32,000 nt of DNA, from assembly GCA_013141415.1 (NCBI GenBank), contig JABFQY010000003.1, positions 239,729-271,728 on the forward strand. The letters are read 5' to 3'. The notes beneath the pieces are model-generated. The model was not told the DNA's origin. It ran no database searches and saw only the letters and a list, made by a program, of their open reading frames with translations. Origin of the DNA: Kiritimatiellaceae bacterium. GTDB lineage: Bacteria; Verrucomicrobiota; Kiritimatiellia; Kiritimatiellales; Tichowtungiaceae. Positions 16,871 to 24,594 of this stretch are shown here, piece after piece (positions within the stretch are counted from its first letter, which is position 1; each line of letters starts with the position of its first letter). Both the position numbers and the translations under genes were made by a program.

Positions 16871-17928
16871 ACACTGGAATTATGAACCGTCTCTCGTTCC
16901 TTGACCGGTTCTTAACGCTGTGGATTTTTCTGGCGATGAGTGTCGGCGTGCTGCTCGGTTATTTTGTTCCGGAGTTCGGCAACTGGATCGGCTCGCTGCG
17001 ACCGACAGGAACGCAGACCAGCATACCGATTGCCATCGGCCTCGTTCTGATGATGTATCCGCCGCTGGCGAAGGTGAAGTATGAGGAACTGGGCGATGTC
17101 TTCCGCGACCGCAAAATTCTCGGACTGAGTCTGCTTCAGAACTGGGTCGTCGGCCCGATTCTTATGACGGCGCTGGCCGTTGTATTCCTGCATGACCGGC
17201 CCGAGTTTATGATCGGACTGATTATGATCGGACTGGCGCGCTGCATTGCGATGGTCATCGTGTGGAATGATCTGGCGAAAGGCGATGCGGAATATTGCGC
17301 GGGGCTGGTGGCGTTCAATTCGATTTTCCAAGTGTTTTTCTACAGTCTCTACGCCTGGCTGTTCGTCACAAAACTTCCGCCTTTGCTCGGACTCTCCGGC
17401 GCGGTGGTGAATGTGACGATCCGGCAGATTGCAGTGAGTGTATTCATCTATTTGGGTATTCCGTTTATTGCCGGAATGCTCACCCGCTTCTTTTTGGTGA
17501 AAGCGAAAGGCAAGGAATGGTACCACGCGAAATTTATTCCGAGGATTTCTCCGATCACACTGATCGCCCTGCTTTTTACCATCGTGGTGATGTTTTCCAT
17601 GCAGGGTCAGAAAATTATCGCCAGACCCGGCGACGTATTTCTGATTGCCGTGCCTTTGCTGATTTATTTCGCGGTGATGTTTCTGGTGAGTTTCTGGATG
17701 AGCGCCAAAGCGGGTGCCGATTACGCCAAAGCAGCAACCCTCTCCTTCACGGCATCCGGCAATAATTTCGAACTGGCGATTGCCGTTGCGGTGGGCGTAT
17801 TCGGAATTAATCACGGCGCGGCATTTGCCGCCGTGATCGGGCCGCTGGTGGAAGTCCCGGTATTAATCGGACTGGTGAACGTGGCGCTTTATTTCCGTAA
17901 AAGATATTTCGGAATCCCGCAGGTTTAG
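16867..17928 (+). CDS. acr3: ACR3-family arsenite efflux transporter.
   Basis: [25 protein letters not shown] at the N-terminus, about 10 TM helices, and the R-C-I-A-M-V segment typical of Acr3. ATGA overlap with arsC. Confidence 0.9.
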   Translation: MNTGIMNRLSFLDRFLTLWIFLAMSVGVLLGYFVPEFGNWIGSLRPTGTQTSIPIAIGLVLMMYPPLAKVKYEELGDVFRDRKILGLSLLQNWVVGPILMTALAVVFLHDRPEFMIGLIMIGLARCIAMVIVWNDLAKGDAEYCAGLVAFNSIFQVFFYSLYAWLFVTKLPPLLGLSGAVVNVTIRQIAVSVFIYLGIPFIAGMLTRFFLVKAKGKEWYHAKFIPRISPITLIALLFTIVVMFSMQGQKIIARPGDVFLIAVPLLIYFAVMFLVSFWMSAKAGADYAKAATLSFTASGNNFELAIAVAVGVFGINHGAAFAAVIGPLVEVPVLIGLVNVALYFRKRYFGIPQV

Positions 17929-18075
17929 AGCATGTAACGATTTAAGCGCCGCAAAAGGTAAAGCCGGAACTTAGGGCGTATTCGCCCGTATATCCGGCTT
18001 CTTAGCGCTAATAGCCGGATCCACGGCTTCGCCTGAGTTCCGGCTATACCGGCAACTCAATCGCGACATGCTCTA
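17926..18075. repeat. 150-bp nested inverted-repeat element that exactly fills the gap between two convergent stop codons.
   Basis: Outer inverted repeat: TAGAGCATGTAACGATT (17926-17942) against AATCGCGACATGCTCTA (18059-18075), 15/17. Second inverted repeat: TAAAGCCGGAACTTAGG (17959-17975) against CCTGAGTTCCGGCTATA (18032-18048), 15/17. Inner hairpins: GGGCG-TATT-CGCCC (17974-17987) and ATCCGGCT-N13-AGCCGGAT (17992-18020). Confidence 0.6.
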
Positions 18076-19197
18076 ACTGGAACGCTTAATCAGCCAGATT
18101 CCGGAGAGCTGCGCGGCGATCAGCGGAATCCACAGAATCAGATTCGGGTGAAGTGCCGGATACTCAGCCAGCGCTTTGGCGACCACGATGAAAAGATAGT
18201 AGGCAAAGACAATCACCAGACTGAGCACCATGCCGATAGAGGTTTCTTTGCGATGTGATTTAACGCCGAGCGGAATGCCGATCAGCATAAAACTGAAACA
18301 GCCGATTGCAATGGAAACGCGCTGGTTCGCTTCTACGATCAGCTTGGTCTTTTCAATCAGCCGGTCCGCCGCTGAAATCATCGGAAAGTCGCGCTCTACG
18401 TTGCGAATGCGGTCAATCAGCTCACCCATCCGCATCTGCCCGCGCTTCTTCACGGTCGGCTTACCCTTCAGCACTTTTTCAAAATCGAGTTTGATCGGAT
18501 AATACTGGGCATTGACATACGTAGTTTTGGAAACGTCGTGCGGATCTTTGGCGTCCGGAACTTCAATGCGCACATCGTAAAGCTTAACCGTCAGCAGACG
18601 GTTCGTATTATCCGCCGCAATATCCCCGTTTTTGGCGCGCACACTGCGTTTGATGGAGCCCTGTTTATCCAGTTCATAGGCGACCACATCTTTGACCACC
18701 GTGCCGTTTTTCCGTCCGACATAAATCATCAGGCCGGGAAAATCACGAATGAACCGCCCTTCTTCAAGCAGATTGATCGGTTCCTCTACCCCCGCCGTCC
18801 GCAGCAGTTCACGGTTGGCATACTTGGCGGCGGGCGACACTTCGCAATTGATGTAGATGCAAACAAAGCTAAGCAGGATCGAAAGCAGAATCAGCGGAGA
18901 AGTCAGCCGCCATAGACTGATTCCGCAGCTTTTCATTGCGCTGATCTCGCTATCCATCGAAAGCCGGCCGAACAGCAGGAGCGCGGCAAACAGCGTGCTG
19001 ATCGGCATAGAGAACGAAAGGATGTATGGAATATTCAACAGAAAAAACTTCACGATCAGCGCCGGAGAAATGCCGCGCGCCATCAAGTCAACCGCCTTGA
19101 TCAGCGCACCGGCCGTCATCACAAACGTAATGAGGCCCAGCGCGCCCAGAAAAATCACCAGATAATCCAGAACGATATAGCGGTTGAGTGTGCGCAT
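18073..19197 (-). CDS. LptF/LptG-family LPS export permease.
   Basis: MRTLNRYIVLDYLVIFLGAL is the typical N-terminus. The protein has 3 TM helices, a periplasmic beta-jellyroll and 3 more TM helices, with the YjgP/YjgQ length. ATG 19197 lies 5 nt after the folD stop. The longer ORF to 19236 would overlap folD. Confidence 0.8.
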   Translation of the reverse strand: MRTLNRYIVLDYLVIFLGALGLITFVMTAGALIKAVDLMARGISPALIVKFFLLNIPYILSFSMPISTLFAALLLFGRLSMDSEISAMKSCGISLWRLTSPLILLSILLSFVCIYINCEVSPAAKYANRELLRTAGVEEPINLLEEGRFIRDFPGLMIYVGRKNGTVVKDVVAYELDKQGSIKRSVRAKNGDIAADNTNRLLTVKLYDVRIEVPDAKDPHDVSKTTYVNAQYYPIKLDFEKVLKGKPTVKKRGQMRMGELIDRIRNVERDFPMISAADRLIEKTKLIVEANQRVSIAIGCFSFMLIGIPLGVKSHRKETSIGMVLSLVIVFAYYLFIVVAKALAEYPALHPNLILWIPLIAAQLSGIWLIKRSS

Positions 19198-19201
19198 AAG
19201 T

Positions 19202-20089
19202 TTACTTTGCCCCATGACGGCGAATGGCCGATTCAACCGTGTTCGCCAAAAGCATGGTAATCGTCATCGGGCCGACGCCGCCCGGCACCGGCGTAATGGC
19301 CGAGGCCTTTTCAGACACGGCGGCATAATCCACGTCGCCTTTCAGGCGGAATCCGGCTTTCGCCGTGGCATCCGTCACGCGGTTGACGCCGACATCAATC
19401 ACGACTGCGCCGGGCTTCACCATGTCGGCGGTTACCGTGTTCGGACGTCCGACAGCGGCGACGATAATGTCGGCCTGACGGGTCAGTTCCGCCATATTCT
19501 TTGTGCGGGTGTGGCACATCGTCACGGTCGCGTCGCCCAGCTCGCTCTTCTGGCTGAGCAGATTAACCAGCGGACGGCCCACGATATTGCTCCGACCGAT
19601 CACCACCACATGCGCACCGGACGTTTTGATGCCGGAGCGTTTTAGAATTTGGAGAACGCCGTGCGGCGTGCAGGGAAGAAACGCTGGCAAGCCAAGCATC
19701 ATACGGCCCACGTTAACCGGATGAAATCCGTCCACGTCTTTGTTCGGATCAATCGCTTCAATCACCGACTGTTCCATTGAGGAATCCGGCAGCGGAAGCT
19801 GAACAAGAATCCCGTCGATCTGCTTGTCGGCGTTGAACGCTTTAACCACATCCAGAATTTCTTTATGCGAAGCGGTGGCAGGCAGTTTGATCTCGCGGGA
19901 ATACAGACCGGTCTCTTCGCAGGCTTTTTCTTTGGCCGTCACGTAAGAACGCGATGCCGGGTCGTCTCCCACCAGCAGAACGCCGAGGCCGGGCACAATT
20001 CCCTGCTTCTTCAGTTCCGCCACACGGGCTTTAAGTTCGGCGCGGATATCCTGCGCAATCGCTTTACCGTCTAAAATCTTTGCGGCCAT
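19202..20089 (-). CDS. folD: Bifunctional methylenetetrahydrofolate dehydrogenase/cyclohydrolase.
   Basis: MAAKILDGKAIAQDIRAELK..., LVGDDPASRSYV, PLP...DVDGFHP, VIGRSNIVGRP and PVPGGVGPMT are all canonical FolD blocks. Confidence 0.95.
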   Translation of the reverse strand: MAAKILDGKAIAQDIRAELKARVAELKKQGIVPGLGVLLVGDDPASRSYVTAKEKACEETGLYSREIKLPATASHKEILDVVKAFNADKQIDGILVQLPLPDSSMEQSVIEAIDPNKDVDGFHPVNVGRMMLGLPAFLPCTPHGVLQILKRSGIKTSGAHVVVIGRSNIVGRPLVNLLSQKSELGDATVTMCHTRTKNMAELTRQADIIVAAVGRPNTVTADMVKPGAVVIDVGVNRVTDATAKAGFRLKGDVDYAAVSEKASAITPVPGGVGPMTITMLLANTVESAIRRHGAK

Positions 20090-20126
20090 TCACTACTCCT
20101 GTTCAAATTGTGCGATGGAATCTAAC

Positions 20127-20156
20127 CGCGGATGAACACGGATGCACGCGGATAAT
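20127..20156. repeat. Three tandem 10-bp direct repeats in the folD/DUF167 divergent intergenic region.
   Basis: The units are CGCGGATGAA, CACGGATGCA and CGCGGATAAT. C-x-CGGAT is invariant at an exact 10-nt period. Confidence 0.6.
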
Positions 20157-20221
20157 TCAACTGGAGTTGAGAAATTGGCATTGGACATTGGGTTGTTGAG
20201 CATTGAATATTGCTTATTGAT

Positions 20222-20518
20222 ATGGACTGGATTCGAGAAACATCTAAAGGAGTGCTGCTGCCCGTCCGGGCGGTGCCGCGCGCCTCGAAAAACGAGATTC
20301 AGGGGATTCACGGCGACGCCCTGAAAGTCCGCTTACAGGCACCGCCGGTCGAAGGCAAAGCCAATGCGGCGCTCATCCGCTTCCTCAGTGATGCTTTGGA
20401 CATTCCCCGCTCACAGTTCTCCATCGCCTCCGGCGAAACCGGACGGAACAAAGCCGTTCTGGTTGCCGGAATATCAAAAGAAGAGCTGATCAACTTGCTG
20501 AAGCATAAAATGCAGTGA
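20222..20518 (+). CDS. DUF167 (YggU-family) protein.
   Basis: LPVRAVPRASKNEIQGIHGDALKVRLQAPPVEGKANAALIRFLSDAL parallels E. coli YggU ([32 protein letters not shown]). The start is ATG 20222 or TTG 20210. Confidence 0.8.
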   Translation: MDWIRETSKGVLLPVRAVPRASKNEIQGIHGDALKVRLQAPPVEGKANAALIRFLSDALDIPRSQFSIASGETGRNKAVLVAGISKEELINLLKHKMQ

Positions 20519-21224
20519 TGGCTTTCCACGCCGCTTCGGCGGTGTCGCAGAAGGTGAGCAGATCAAGATCGGTCGGGCCGATGAGTCCATATTCGGCCAT
20601 GTAATCCCAGTCCACGATCCGTTTCCAATGTTCGGTGCCGAAAAGAATCACCGGCATCGGCGGAATCTTACCGGTTTGAATCAGGGTCAGCGCTTCGAAC
20701 AGTTCATCAAACGTGCCAAAGCCGCCGGGGAAAATACAAACTGCTTTGGCGCGCAGAAGGAAATGCATTTTCCGCATGCTGAAATAGTGGAACTGGAAAC
20801 AAAGCTCTTCGGTGACATATGGGTTAGGCTCCTGTTCGTGCGGCAGGGTGATGTTAAGCGAAACGGATTTGCAGCCGACCTCTTTGGCACCGCGATTACC
20901 AGCCTCCATAACGCCACCGCCGCCGCCGGTGATGATGACGTATTCACACTTACGGTTGGTCTGGCAGGTGGTACTGACGATCCGCGCCAGTTTACGCGCT
21001 TCTTCATAGAACGGCGTCAGCTCGGCCAGCTTCAGGTTTTCACATGCGTTCGCATCTTCCGGCGCCGGAATCCGCGCACTGCCGAAAAGCACAATCGTGG
21101 ATTTAATCTTCTCTTTTTCCATCATCACTTCCGGATGAAGATATTCGAGCTGAAGCCGCACCGGACGGCAATGTTCGCTGCATAAAAACGGGATATTCTC
21201 ATAGGCTTTCGGCGGGCTTTTCAT
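20490..21224 (-). CDS. LOG-family / TIGR00730 Rossmann-fold nucleotide-binding protein (lysine-decarboxylase-like).
   Basis: ITGGGGGVMEAGNRGA and PGGFGTFDELFEALTLIQT motifs. GGAGAA Shine-Dalgarno before ATG 21224. The 3' end overlaps the convergent DUF167 gene by 29 nt. Confidence 0.85.
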   Translation of the reverse strand: MKSPPKAYENIPFLCSEHCRPVRLQLEYLHPEVMMEKEKIKSTIVLFGSARIPAPEDANACENLKLAELTPFYEEARKLARIVSTTCQTNRKCEYVIITGGGGGVMEAGNRGAKEVGCKSVSLNITLPHEQEPNPYVTEELCFQFHYFSMRKMHFLLRAKAVCIFPGGFGTFDELFEALTLIQTGKIPPMPVILFGTEHWKRIVDWDYMAEYGLIGPTDLDLLTFCDTAEAAWKAITAFYASAS

Positions 21225-21238
21225 TGGGGTTCTCCAGT

Positions 21239-21748
21239 CTATTCGTTCCGGCGGATACTGAAAAAGGTGACGGCGTCATCAATGAGGTCAAGGACGGCGC
21301 AGGACGGATGCATTCCCCGTCCGGCGGCACCCGGATTCACCATGCGCGTCCGGGCATGTTTTTTGTCGTGGCAGACGTGGGTGTGGCCGAATAAAACGTA
21401 GTCATAGTTCTGGGATTCGACCGTTTCAAAAAGCCGCTGTTCATCGTCGCTGTGCAGCATGGCAATTTTCCGTCCGGCCAAATTCAATTCGCCGAAACGT
21501 CCAAGCAGGTTGACACCGATGTTGTCAGGAAAAAACCGGAGGTCGGTGTGGCTGTCGGTGTTGCCAAGCACGACGTAAAGCGGAATATCGATTTCCTGAA
21601 AAAGTGCGGCCATCTCGGTGAGAACCATTTCGGAGCCGACATCGCCGCAGTGGACAACCGCCTCAATCCCGCGGAAGATAAATTCGCGGGCGGCGGCCAA
21701 AGCCAAATCCACCTGACCGTGCGTATCGGATATGATGCCGATTTTCAA
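21239..21748 (-). CDS. YfcE/MJ0936-type metallophosphoesterase.
   Basis: (L/M)KIGIISDTHG, HCGDVGS, GNTDS and FGHTHV motifs. TTG 21748 is preceded by GAGAGGGG and gives the usual ~170 aa. The long N-terminal extension to 21943 overlaps argC and is not credible. Confidence 0.8.
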   Translation of the reverse strand: MKIGIISDTHGQVDLALAAAREFIFRGIEAVVHCGDVGSEMVLTEMAALFQEIDIPLYVVLGNTDSHTDLRFFPDNIGVNLLGRFGELNLAGRKIAMLHSDDEQRLFETVESQNYDYVLFGHTHVCHDKKHARTRMVNPGAAGRGMHPSCAVLDLIDDAVTFFSIRRNE

Positions 21749-21771
21749 CCGCTGTCCCCTCTCTTTAGTTC

Positions 21772-21799
21772 TTGGCACTGCAACCGCAGTGTTTATATT
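21772..21799 (+). promoter_or_regulatory. Candidate argC promoter.
   Basis: TTGGCA (21772-21777), 16 nt, then TATATT (21794-21799), which is 38 nt upstream of ATG 21837. The same bases also read TGGCAC-N5-CCGC, a -24/-12-like spacing. Confidence 0.3.
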
Positions 21800-21836
21800 A
21801 GCGGGAATCGCAACCAAGGCGAGCGGAGATTTCAAA

Positions 21837-22889
21837 ATGAAGAGTGTAAAAGTTGTCGGTGCGGGCGGGTACGGCGGAGTAGGAATCACAGAACTGCTTC
21901 TGCAGCATCCCGAGTTCAAAATTGACTGTCTGGTGGCGGCCACCGAAACCGGTATGAAGATGAGCGATCTTTATCCCCACCTGAAAGGCTTTTGCGACGA
22001 ACTGATCCGGACGCCGGACGACCCGAAGGCGCAGGAAGCCTATGACGCGGTATTTTTCTCCACGCCGGACGGAGTCGGTATGCAGACGGCCGCCGCTGAA
22101 CTGGCCAAAGGCGCGCATGTGGTGGACTACAGCGGCGACTTCCGGTTTACCACGCCGGAAAAATACAGCGCTTACGCGACGTTCATCGGAAAAAATCCTG
22201 TCCATGCCGCACCGGAACTGCTTCCGCAAACGGTGTACGGACTTTCCGAACTGCACCCGTTCGGCAAAAAGCAAAAACTGGCCGGTAATCCCGGATGCTT
22301 CGCTGTGAGCTGTATCCTCGGCCTTGCACCGGCGGCGGCTGGAAAACTGATTGATCCGAAGAGTGTCATCTGTGACTGCAAAACCGGCGTCTCCGGCGCA
22401 GGCAAAAAACCGGCGGCTACATTCCATTATCCGGCGCGGTACGAGCAGATCAACGCCTACAAGCTGGCCGGACACCAGCACATGGTTGAAATCGAGCAGG
22501 AACTGAGCGCGCTGGCGGGCGAAACCATCCGGATCACCATGACGGCGCAGGTTCTGCCTCTCTGCCGGGGAATTCTTTCCTGTCTTTATGCCAATCTGAA
22601 CGAAACCATGAGCGCAAAACAGCTGATGGAAGCCTACAAAGCGTTCTATGCCGACAAGCCGTTCGTACGGATTTTCGATAATAAGGCCAACATCGGCACC
22701 GCGCAGGTCAGCGGAACCAACTTCTGCAACCTGATCGTGGATGTGGATGAAAGGAATAACCGGTTACGGGTAATCTCGCACATTGACAACCTGATGAAAG
22801 GTCAGGCCGGTAATGCGCTTCAGAACATGAACCTGATGTTCGGTTTTGATCCAATGCTCGGACTCAACTTCCCCGGACGCTGTCCGTGA
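21837..22889 (+). CDS. argC: N-acetyl-gamma-glutamyl-phosphate reductase.
   Basis: MKSVKVVGAGGYGGVGITELLLQHPEF, active-site region GNPGCFAVSCILGLAP, and C-terminal DNLMKGQAGNALQNMNLMFG. GGAG lies 8 nt before the ATG. Confidence 0.9.
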   Translation: MKSVKVVGAGGYGGVGITELLLQHPEFKIDCLVAATETGMKMSDLYPHLKGFCDELIRTPDDPKAQEAYDAVFFSTPDGVGMQTAAAELAKGAHVVDYSGDFRFTTPEKYSAYATFIGKNPVHAAPELLPQTVYGLSELHPFGKKQKLAGNPGCFAVSCILGLAPAAAGKLIDPKSVICDCKTGVSGAGKKPAATFHYPARYEQINAYKLAGHQHMVEIEQELSALAGETIRITMTAQVLPLCRGILSCLYANLNETMSAKQLMEAYKAFYADKPFVRIFDNKANIGTAQVSGTNFCNLIVDVDERNNRLRVISHIDNLMKGQAGNALQNMNLMFGFDPMLGLNFPGRCP

Positions 22890-23110
22890 TCAAAACCATC
22901 CATCGGGGACTATGGCTGGCGGCAGGTTTAATTTTCGTACTTCTGGGGATAATCGGCCTGATGCTTCCCGTAGTTCCGCAGATTCCGTTCTTCCTTGCAG
23001 CGGTCCTCTGCTTCATGCGCTGTTCGGGACGGTTTAGCAACTGGATGGAAAAGAAACCGTGGTTTGTCCGCTTTCGCGCCCGTTTTCCGAAAAAAGAGGT
23101 TCGCAGCTAA
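22886..23110 (+). CDS. Short DUF454 (YbaN-like) inner-membrane protein.
   Basis: LAAGLIFVLLGIIGLMLPVVPQIPFFLAAVLCF is the DUF454 N-terminal pattern. The GTG start overlaps the argC stop (GTGA). Confidence 0.6.
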   Translation: MIKTIHRGLWLAAGLIFVLLGIIGLMLPVVPQIPFFLAAVLCFMRCSGRFSNWMEKKPWFVRFRARFPKKEVRS

Positions 23111-23167
23111 GTCTGCGCTGAAAGCCGTTGTCGGCGCAGATTTCTTCCGCTAGACTGCCCGCGTTTT

Positions 23168-24586
23168 ATGGATCCGAAACTACTACTCTTTTCTACTGCG
23201 TTTCTACTCGGGATACCTGCGCTGATCCTGACCGGTCTGGCCGTCCGCCCGTTCCGGAAAGTATTAATGTTTCTGATGTGCTTCGCACTGTGCTATCCGG
23301 AAACATTTTCAATCAACTTCATGTCACGCGAGTCCTACCGTATGGCCACCCGAGGATTCGAACTGGGGCTGTTTGACATGTGCACGATTGCACTTTTTTT
23401 CATTATGGTGCTGCAGCCCCGCGGACACCGCTTCCGCTGGTTTCCGCCGCTAACCATCGCTTACGGAATCTATATTTTATTCGCCGTATTTTCCTGGATA
23501 CAGGCTCCCGGAAGCATCCCAGTACCGGGTGACGTTTATGCCGCGAATACGGCCGGCGGCTATGAATTCTACACCAAATTTGAAACCAGCCTCTATCCGC
23601 TGTTCGAGCTTAGTAAAATCGTTCGCGGCGGTTTTGCCTATCTGGTGATTGTCAACTTCCTGCGGGATGAAGAGCAGTTCCGCACCCTGCTCGGCGCCCT
23701 GCTTGTCGTCGCTTTTGTTATTACAATCGAAGCGCTGATCAGCCGCTACATCCGGGGACACCATCGAATTTCCTCAACGCTCGGCCATCCGAACAGTCTG
23801 GGTACGTTCATGGGAATGATGGGCACGCTCATGTTTGGTGTCGCTCTTTTCCGGACCACTTTTTTCTCCAGCGGAACCTTCGCCATCGCCACGGCCGCCT
23901 CGATCATTTGTGTTCTGCTGACCATTTCGCGCGGCGCGCTTTCCTCGCTGGTGCTGGGACTCTGGCTGGATGTTTCATCGCTCTTTCACCGCTATCTCAA
24001 TCTGAAAAACTTCACCATTCTGTTTATCGGCGCCCTTGTCGTTCTCGGACTTTTCTTTAGGGCAGCCGACACGCTCTCGGCCCGTTTCCTTGTGCAGCAG
24101 GACGCCGTTTCCGACATTGAATACCGCGGGCTTTATAATGAGGAAGCCCGCCTGATGTCACGTGACCATCTTTTTGGCGTCGGCCTCGGAAACTTTTCCA
24201 CCTACTCCTGGCTGAAATACGGACGGGCTGTCGGTCTCAACGAATACGGAACTCCGGCGCACAATCTCTGGTATCTCACTCTCGGCGAACTGGGTGTCCC
24301 CGGCCTGCTGGCTTTTATCTTTTTCTGGCTCCGCTTCTACTCCATCGGCCTGCCATTCCTGTTCCGCCGCCGCACCGCCCTGATTTACGCAATAGCCGCT
24401 TCGGCCACCGCCGCCAGTATGATCGGCCATATTCAGAACATGCTCCAGCTCTCGTACCGCCAGACGTCCATCTATATGTTCAATCAGATATTAATCGCTA
24501 TGGTTGTTGCCGCCTGGTACATCGACCGCGATACCCGCCGTGCGGAACGTGACGCCCGCCGTCTGGCCCGTTCACGAACAGTCTGA
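23168..24586 (+). CDS. O-antigen ligase/polymerase-like (Wzy_C) polytopic membrane protein.
   Basis: About 11-12 TM helices. It carries LTISRGALSSLVLGLWL and a periplasmic loop with AHNLWYLTLGELGVPGLLAFIFF, typical of O-antigen-ligase-like proteins. Confidence 0.75.
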   Translation: MDPKLLLFSTAFLLGIPALILTGLAVRPFRKVLMFLMCFALCYPETFSINFMSRESYRMATRGFELGLFDMCTIALFFIMVLQPRGHRFRWFPPLTIAYGIYILFAVFSWIQAPGSIPVPGDVYAANTAGGYEFYTKFETSLYPLFELSKIVRGGFAYLVIVNFLRDEEQFRTLLGALLVVAFVITIEALISRYIRGHHRISSTLGHPNSLGTFMGMMGTLMFGVALFRTTFFSSGTFAIATAASIICVLLTISRGALSSLVLGLWLDVSSLFHRYLNLKNFTILFIGALVVLGLFFRAADTLSARFLVQQDAVSDIEYRGLYNEEARLMSRDHLFGVGLGNFSTYSWLKYGRAVGLNEYGTPAHNLWYLTLGELGVPGLLAFIFFWLRFYSIGLPFLFRRRTALIYAIAASATAASMIGHIQNMLQLSYRQTSIYMFNQILIAMVVAAWYIDRDTRRAERDARRLARSRTV

Positions 24587-24594
24587 TAAACGCC

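Noticed and set aside
16912-17814. A 300-aa His/Arg/Gln-rich ORF antisense to acr3.
   Set aside because: It lies entirely inside a confidently called ACR3 transporter gene on the other strand, and its composition is a mirror artefact of hydrophobic codons. The same applies to 15069-15668 (antisense to the thioredoxin genes) and 7516-8256 (antisense to the aspA-like gene).
21749-21943. A long N-terminal extension of the phosphoesterase ORF, and the 21732 start of the argC ORF.
   Set aside because: Both extensions cross the divergent intergenic region and overlap each other. The internal starts (TTG 21748 and ATG 21837) have RBSs and give canonical N-termini (KIGIISDTHG and MKSVKVVGAGGYGG).
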